Shown here piece by piece: positions 58,415 to 64,000 of a stretch of DNA of 64,000 bases. Origin of the DNA: Escherichia coli (GTDB lineage: Bacteria; Pseudomonadota; Gammaproteobacteria; Enterobacterales; Enterobacteriaceae); the NCBI GenBank assembly GCA_902500205.1, contig GCA_902500205.1_4868.1, one strand, 5' to 3'. The notes beneath the pieces were generated by a model, which saw nothing but the letters and a program-made list of their open reading frames with translations, did not search any database and was not told the DNA's origin. The position numbers and the translations under genes were made by a program. The first letter of the stretch is position 1. The number at the start of each line of letters is the position of its first letter.

Positions 58415-59923
58415 GTGAGAAAGGTACCAAAATTCTACGGAATATCCGGCCGGTTGGTTAGTCAGGATAACTATTTGTCCGATTTGCAAATAGAAGCTGC
58501 TGCCAAAGGTATTAAACCACCCACTATTATTAACGATGTCGCCGTTAACGGGGATGCGATCGAGGTTGCTGAACTTATCGATCGCATGGTACAGAACAGA
58601 ATCGTTGACGAAGAACTGAACTCTGCACCGATTTGTAGTTTGGATTGTCCGGCACCGATCGCGCATCGTTACAATCTCGGTTGTAAGTGTCCGACGTGTG
58701 GCTATGTTGTAACTGAACATCGAATTGAATCCGATGTCTGGTTACGTGCACCCGATGAAATGGGTAACTTCGTCAACCCACGATTCTGGGCAATGTTCAA
58801 TGCTTTCTTTAATAGCAAGTTGAAGAAGTTTGAACGTAACAAGGTCACTATCGAACGCGGTAATGACTTGATGATGTGGATGATTGACCCGTATTACCGT
58901 ATAGAAGAACCAGACGGTAAACGCGCACATGCTGTGAAACGTGTATTGGAAGAACATGGTTTCGTTCGTGGCTTGCGCAATCTGGTTGATAACCACGTTA
59001 GTATCTTTAACATCCTTACCACGCCAGAAGCCTGGAAGGAAATCTTCGCACCTAATCGGCATAACGCCGCTGAAGGTGAACGCTTACGTTTACAATGGAA
59101 GGAGCTATTCGAAACGCAACGCCATGCATTCTTCCCAAGACACTTACCGCTAATCTCCTCTAAGCTTATCGTTACTGAGGAAGGTCGTCGTGGTGTCATG
59201 GTAGACCCAGTGTTCACGGGTGCTATCGATGCGGTGAAAAATATCGCGTTACTTTATACGCGGCGTAAAGCGATCGAACCACGTTTTCTGATTAGTCGCG
59301 CTTTGAAAGCCAACCGTCAGTTAACGTACTTCCACATGGACTTCCGTCGTGAGTCTATGGAAGGTAAACCGGGTGACTATCGTGCGAAATTGGGTTCTAC
59401 CCATATCCCATTCGGTGGTCGTGCAACCATCTCACCTATCTCAGAACCACACGATGCCTGGAAGTTAAAAGCACCATGGCGTTGGATGGTTGGGTTGATG
59501 TCGACCCACATCGAGAACAAACTGCTACGACGGGGTTATTCGTCACGGCAATGTGAACGTATCGTTGCAAAAGCGGCAATGCAGTATGACCCGCTTGTAG
59601 ATGAAATCTTTAAAGAACTGATTCGTGAATCCCCAGGCGGTCTTGGGATCATGGTCATACCGCTACGTAACCCAACGCTGGTACAGTTGTCTATTCAAAC
59701 GCTGTACATCGATGAAGTTGTTACCGATGTTAACCAGTGTTCGCTGCGTATCTCTGACCGTGTGATCAAGATGGCTAACGGTTCGAAAAGAGCCCCATCG
59801 GACGGGAAACCTCTGATGCGTATTCTCCTGAAATGCTGGGAAACCCTAAAGCGTATCTACCAGAAATGGGGACGAAAGTCTGAAACAACAGATACGATGG
59901 CCTACGCTAAACAATACTGCTAA
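58415..59923 (+). CDS. RNAP beta-prime-like N-terminal subunit, 5-prime exon (frame reads on into candidate intron before stopping)
   Basis: Zinc-ribbon pattern CSLDCPAPIAHRYNLGCKCPTCG near residue 73-95; LRNPTLVQLSIQTLY resembles beta-prime NRAPTLHRLGIQAF; NADFDGD absent from this ORF. Confidence 0.75.
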   Translation: MRKVPKFYGISGRLVSQDNYLSDLQIEAAAKGIKPPTIINDVAVNGDAIEVAELIDRMVQNRIVDEELNSAPICSLDCPAPIAHRYNLGCKCPTCGYVVTEHRIESDVWLRAPDEMGNFVNPRFWAMFNAFFNSKLKKFERNKVTIERGNDLMMWMIDPYYRIEEPDGKRAHAVKRVLEEHGFVRGLRNLVDNHVSIFNILTTPEAWKEIFAPNRHNAAEGERLRLQWKELFETQRHAFFPRHLPLISSKLIVTEEGRRGVMVDPVFTGAIDAVKNIALLYTRRKAIEPRFLISRALKANRQLTYFHMDFRRESMEGKPGDYRAKLGSTHIPFGGRATISPISEPHDAWKLKAPWRWMVGLMSTHIENKLLRRGYSSRQCERIVAKAAMQYDPLVDEIFKELIRESPGGLGIMVIPLRNPTLVQLSIQTLYIDEVVTDVNQCSLRISDRVIKMANGSKRAPSDGKPLMRILLKCWETLKRIYQKWGRKSETTDTMAYAKQYC

Positions 59924-60126
59924 CGGTTGTGATAATGGGTAATCAGCAGCGAAGCCTCGTGAGAGGAACGTTCAACGACTATCGCTGAAATGCGAGTAGG
60001 GGTCCCAGTGGACTTCGAAGTGGGAGAACACCTAAGGCGATAGCTATGGTGAAGATATAGTCTGTGCCTTATCGAGAGATAAGGAGGGTGTCTTAGCACA
60101 CCTGCTGTATACGGAAACGGTATACG
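59762..60126 (+). mobile_element. candidate group I self-splicing intron (no internal ORF); boundaries approximate
   Basis: Elements resembling group I Q, R and S in order: AATCAGCAGC (59941), GTTCAACGACTATC (59970), GAAGATATAGTC (60051); GACTAT/ATAGTC can pair as P7; GNRA-capped hairpin CCTTATC-GAGA-GATAAGG (60067-60084). Confidence 0.6.
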
Positions 60127-60366
60127 GTGGACAAACAGGATTTCGATGGCGACCAGTTCCAGGTACGTTTGCCAGTCGATGAAACTGAGATGAAGTTGGC
60201 GCTCCAATTCCGTCCAGATAACGGCTTTATGTCTTCTACTGATGTGGACCGCGTAGAACACGGCATGGTTTTACATAACGAGCTAATCAGTATGCAGAAC
60301 CAGTTCCTTATTGAAGCAGATGAGGATGATGAAGAAGGCATTCCGTTGGAAGCGGTGATGGGCTAA
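60127..60366 (+). CDS. 3-prime exon of the beta-prime-like gene, carrying the catalytic DFDGD motif
   Basis: VDKQDFDGDQFQVRLP matches NADFDGDQMAVHVP; no ATG or credible RBS of its own (track start is GTG). Confidence 0.65.
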   Translation: MDKQDFDGDQFQVRLPVDETEMKLALQFRPDNGFMSSTDVDRVEHGMVLHNELISMQNQFLIEADEDDEEGIPLEAVMG

Positions 60367-60379
60367 TAGGAGTATTGTA

Positions 60380-60961
60380 ATGTGGCTACAAGGTAGCACG
60401 GTGTGGACGAAACAGACCGAAGGTAGCGGGGCACTCAGCGTATTCAAAGAATCGTTTTCGCTGTCTAGCCTGGCACCCGATCTCGTTGACCGTGTAAAAG
60501 AACATTGTCAGGACTTAATCTCACTGGAGCGTTTCCGTGAAACATTCAGTACCGCACGTAAATTACGTTATAGCGATGCGGTAGAGATGGTAAGACAGAT
60601 CGAAGAGTTGGGTGAATTCCAGTTCGCCAATGCTGCTTTACAGCCATTCCTCGTTGCCATGCCGGAATATCGTAAGTTGTATAATGACGGTATGGCGACT
60701 GGCTATGAGAACGGCTTTTCGCGGTTGGATGTGTTCAAAGGCAATGCGTATATGCGTACCGATGACCACTTCCGCGAAGCAACATCGGGCATTTCGACGA
60801 AGTACGATGAAGATAAGATTTGGCAATGGGCTACCAATGAAGATCGTGCAGTACGACTGAGTCGAATCGATAAAGTGGATATTCAACTTAACTGGGCACG
60901 CATGTCAGCTTTCGACTGGGAAGATGGTGATCCCTGTTCGGAACTTGGCGCGACGTGTTAA
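60380..60961 (+). CDS. hypothetical protein (193 aa)
   Basis: ATG shortly after exon 2 stop; followed by terminator. Confidence 0.7.
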   Translation: MWLQGSTVWTKQTEGSGALSVFKESFSLSSLAPDLVDRVKEHCQDLISLERFRETFSTARKLRYSDAVEMVRQIEELGEFQFANAALQPFLVAMPEYRKLYNDGMATGYENGFSRLDVFKGNAYMRTDDHFREATSGISTKYDEDKIWQWATNEDRAVRLSRIDKVDIQLNWARMSAFDWEDGDPCSELGATC

Positions 60962-60967
60962 AAAAAG

Positions 60968-60996
60968 ATGGGGCTTCGGCCCCTCTTTTTTTCTTC
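60968..60996 (+). terminator. intrinsic terminator
   Basis: GGGGC-TTCG-GCCCC followed by TCTTTTTTTCTTC. Confidence 0.6.
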
Positions 60997-61044
60997 ACTG
61001 GGGGCTGTATGCAGCATCCTACCTTGAATTTGACAGGAGCTAAC

Positions 61045-61431
61045 ATGATTGCGGTAGGAACCTTATCCACACGTGGCTGGGCACGTACACCCCAGGAAAA
61101 GGCGCGTGAGTTGATGAACCATTACACCGAGTCTGGCTATAGCCAATCGGTGGTTTATCGTGGGAACATTAAATCACTTGCGTATACGCAAGCTGTGTTT
61201 GCACAAGATCCCGACGGGATGGTTGCCCAGATTAAAATGGATTTGGAGAACCTCTACGGGAACGTATTTCCTGCTGGCGTTGAAGTTGAAACCAGCTGGG
61301 AGTTTTTAAAAGATTCAGATGTGCGTTACCGCATCTTCATTAGTGTCCGTGTGCAAGAAGTTGTAGACGGTGAATGGTACGATGTTGAGCGGTACGTGGA
61401 TACCGAGTCGAGTGCGATTGAGGATATGTAA
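61045..61431 (+). CDS. hypothetical protein (about 128 aa)
   Basis: Track ORF 60955..61431 starts inside the terminator; internal ATG at 61045 has AGGAG 6 nt upstream. Confidence 0.55.
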   Translation: MIAVGTLSTRGWARTPQEKARELMNHYTESGYSQSVVYRGNIKSLAYTQAVFAQDPDGMVAQIKMDLENLYGNVFPAGVEVETSWEFLKDSDVRYRIFISVRVQEVVDGEWYDVERYVDTESSAIEDM

Positions 61432-62105
61432 TGAGCCAGGAACCTACATTTAACGGTGTACCGTTAAGTCAGATGAATGAGCAGATGCGCTTTGAGTATA
61501 ACAAACTCAAAGAGATTGAAAAGGATTTGGCGGAAAGCCAGAACGTCTGTAGCGTCTTCACCGAAGCACAGTTCCGACGTCAGGGCTTACCACTGTTGTC
61601 CGGGATGCTTGATGGTACTTTTAACGAAGAGACCTGGACGGCTTACGTAGGAAGTCCATTTGTACCCCTACAGATTGTGGACGATGCTGATAATAGCAAA
61701 CTGCTATTTACCATCCCCGCTCTGCTGAACACCGGCCGCTCGTTAATCACCGTTGACGGCGAACCTTCCCTCTCTGATGAGACTGAGTACATCCGTCGTC
61801 AGGTTGATGTGATTGCAACCGTCGGTGAAACCCAGATGTACAAGATGATCGATTACACCCTAACCGGGATCGAAAATATGTCTCTGGCTGAAAATTCAGT
61901 TCGTGCGAAGTACATTATTGACTTGCTGAACTGGATTTTCCGACGCTACGGTGTGGGTGGTCAATTGCCATATCCGGAAGGGTTGGTTGAATACGTCGAT
62001 AAAATTACTGGCGGTAAAAACACGGCGACAGCTGCAGAGACTTCGGTGCAAGCCCCAGCTCAAACGCAGCCAATCGTAGGGATCGGTGATGGAGAAGATT
62101 ACTAA
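61431..62105 (+). CDS. hypothetical protein (224 aa)
   Basis: TAATG overlap with upstream gene; GAGGA RBS. Confidence 0.7.
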   Translation: MSQEPTFNGVPLSQMNEQMRFEYNKLKEIEKDLAESQNVCSVFTEAQFRRQGLPLLSGMLDGTFNEETWTAYVGSPFVPLQIVDDADNSKLLFTIPALLNTGRSLITVDGEPSLSDETEYIRRQVDVIATVGETQMYKMIDYTLTGIENMSLAENSVRAKYIIDLLNWIFRRYGVGGQLPYPEGLVEYVDKITGGKNTATAAETSVQAPAQTQPIVGIGDGEDY

Positions 62106-63237
62106 ACCTCCCAAGAAACCAGAAGGCGTTAAGCGCCTTTTGAACACTAATGATATCCATTTGTTGCATAAACGTGTGCCCACATGGCACATCGTGGATG
62201 TGATACGTGAGATACTCATTAGCTGCGAAAATACGCTTGACGCCTTTTATATAGCAGGGGATTTATTTGATGATTCCCGACATCTTCGCCAGGAAGATTC
62301 TCAAGAAGCTGTGGGCTTCTTGACGTGGTTGCTCCAGTGGTCTAAGGCCACTAATACCGCCGTTCGCATCGTTGAGGGAACACCGTCCCATGACCACGGC
62401 CAGTCCAAAATAGTTGAGTCGCTGAACATCAGTATAGGCGCAGACTGTTTGTATTTGGCAGGGATCGGGATATTTTACGATCCGGCTCTCGATGCGATGG
62501 TAGGTTGGGTGCAGGACGAATATAAAGCTGCTGGCGTCGATGAAATTAATGCTGCTGCCACTGAGGCAGAAATGGCAGAACTGATGGCGACACGAGGCCT
62601 GGAGAAGTTAGACTTTATCTTCATGCACGGCTGCTTCCAGTTTCAACTCCCTGTCGAGTCCCCTCGTTCTTTCCACGAGGAGTTCTGGTTGCCGAGAGTC
62701 AAGCACCTGATATTTATCGGGCATGACCATCGACCCAAGGAATTAGACAAGATAAGAGTTGTAGGTAGTCCTGAGCGACTATCTCAAGGTGAAGAGGAGG
62801 ACAAAGGCGTAGCTCTTGTCGATTTCACCGATACGGTTGCCAGGGATTATTTCCTGGTTAACCCACGCGCGTGCCCGCAGAAAAAGATTCGGGCACAGGA
62901 AGACTTTGATGCGCAGTTAGCAGCTTGTCTTTCTGCATTAGAATACATCGACAATCATCCTTCGTCCGCTATTGGACGATTTGAAGTCGAGTATTACGCA
63001 GGTTCACCGATGGCCGAATATGTTAGTCGGTGGAAAAAAGAATACACGTTCCACATTTCTGGAGAACGTGTGCGCTCCTCTGAAGAAGAGGAGTTGTTAG
63101 TGAAGAGTTTTTCGAACGAAGCCCCAGTGTACGAAAAACCTACTCCTGAGAACTTCGAACGGTTGGTTCTCGAAGAGCTAACATCAGTGAAGTACGACCC
63201 TGATGTTGTTACTGCAATCATTAGGAAAATAGAATGA
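62089..63237 (+). CDS. SbcD/Mre11-family nuclease (calcineurin-like phosphoesterase)
   Basis: Phosphoesterase motifs in order: DIH, GDLFDD, TPSHDHG, FMHG, IGHDHR. Confidence 0.7.
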   Translation: MEKITKPPKKPEGVKRLLNTNDIHLLHKRVPTWHIVDVIREILISCENTLDAFYIAGDLFDDSRHLRQEDSQEAVGFLTWLLQWSKATNTAVRIVEGTPSHDHGQSKIVESLNISIGADCLYLAGIGIFYDPALDAMVGWVQDEYKAAGVDEINAAATEAEMAELMATRGLEKLDFIFMHGCFQFQLPVESPRSFHEEFWLPRVKHLIFIGHDHRPKELDKIRVVGSPERLSQGEEEDKGVALVDFTDTVARDYFLVNPRACPQKKIRAQEDFDAQLAACLSALEYIDNHPSSAIGRFEVEYYAGSPMAEYVSRWKKEYTFHISGERVRSSEEEELLVKSFSNEAPVYEKPTPENFERLVLEELTSVKYDPDVVTAIIRKIE

Positions 63238-64000
63238 ATCCAATCAGTGTTGATCGCACTTTCGGGTTCTATTCAGTGTCAATCGCCAGTTCGCTGGCGT
63301 TTGAAGGTCTGCTGCATACCGGCGAATACGCCGACTGGAAAGGCGAATTGCCTATCCATTCCTATCAGGAAATATACCTGAATCTCCGGACATTGTTCCG
63401 TAACGCCTTCTATGCGTTTGAAGAGAATAGAGAACGGTTAACACCCGACGTGATGCTAACATCGATTGAAGAAGATATTAATAATCTTACGGCTACCGCG
63501 AGAGCGGTAGCCCCTTCGGTGTTATGCGTTCCGTACCTTTGTAGCTATCGTAGCGCTAACAAAGTGTTTCCCGAAGCCTCGTTCAAAAACATCGCAGGCG
63601 GGCAGGATAAGATGACGCCAAACCAGCTGCACTATAATGCACTGGAACACGACACCTTAAAAATGTACGGTGAGAAACACGAAAATGACTTCCGTCAATT
63701 CGATGTTTTCCCAGAGGGTAGCCGCGACACACTGTTACTGACCCACATGCCAGCTGATCTCCTGGCACGTAAAGATTTCCCTAAACTGGGTTTGTTGGAA
63801 TCACACACCGGTAAAGTGAAAACGCAACTGGAGTGGTACACCAAACTTAACGGGAAACCCCAACATATTCCGTTTAACAAAGCGTTCCTGACGTTGTTTG
63901 GCGACGGGATAATGTTTTCACCCCTCGATCGCAAAACGCGTGGGGTGGTGTTAAAAACCGCAGAGAAGTACAGCTGGAAACAGGATACCACAATGGACCG
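63234..64000 (+). CDS. hypothetical protein, 5-prime partial (runs off the window end)
   Basis: ATG overlaps upstream stop (ATGA); frame open for 255 codons to window end; absent from track only because no stop is reached. Confidence 0.6.
   Translation, partial: MNPISVDRTFGFYSVSIASSLAFEGLLHTGEYADWKGELPIHSYQEIYLNLRTLFRNAFYAFEENRERLTPDVMLTSIEEDINNLTATARAVAPSVLCVPYLCSYRSANKVFPEASFKNIAGGQDKMTPNQLHYNALEHDTLKMYGEKHENDFRQFDVFPEGSRDTLLLTHMPADLLARKDFPKLGLLESHTGKVKTQLEWYTKLNGKPQHIPFNKAFLTLFGDGIMFSPLDRKTRGVVLKTAEKYSWKQDTTMD

Noticed and set aside
60955-61044. Track start of the ORF at 60955
   Set aside because: The first 50 nt coincide with the terminator hairpin and T-run of the upstream gene; the internal ATG at 61045 with an AGGAG RBS is preferred.

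Overview
This window reads as a densely packed segment of a phiKZ-like jumbo phage (nucleus-forming, multisubunit-RNAP type) from an enterobacterial host (about 48% GC, GATC clusters, E. coli-like codon bias in two highly expressed genes). No database search was possible; all calls rest on motifs read directly from the six-frame track and the DNA. Recognisable genes include a 2373-aa giant virion protein with a C-terminal lytic transglycosylase domain, two distinct RNAP beta-prime-like N-terminal fragments, tail sheath and tube candidates, terminase large subunit, a chimallin-like abundant protein, an SbcD/Mre11-like nuclease and a HAD-like nucleotidase. The most notable region is an accessory island at about 39.3-44.2 kb: two ORF-poor blocks flank a translationally coupled pair made of a repeat-domain protein and an HslV/proteasome-like threonine peptidase, followed by tRNA-Trp and a small paralog. 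The upstream block holds an oriC-like dyad element with 8 GATC sites; the downstream block looks like structured RNA with two degenerate tRNA-like elements. A second strong finding is a candidate group I intron interrupting a beta-prime-like gene just before its NADFDGD catalytic motif. Recurrent promoter-like and leader motifs and UUCG-loop terminators punctuate the window. Coordinates derived by hand counting may be off by 1-2 nt.
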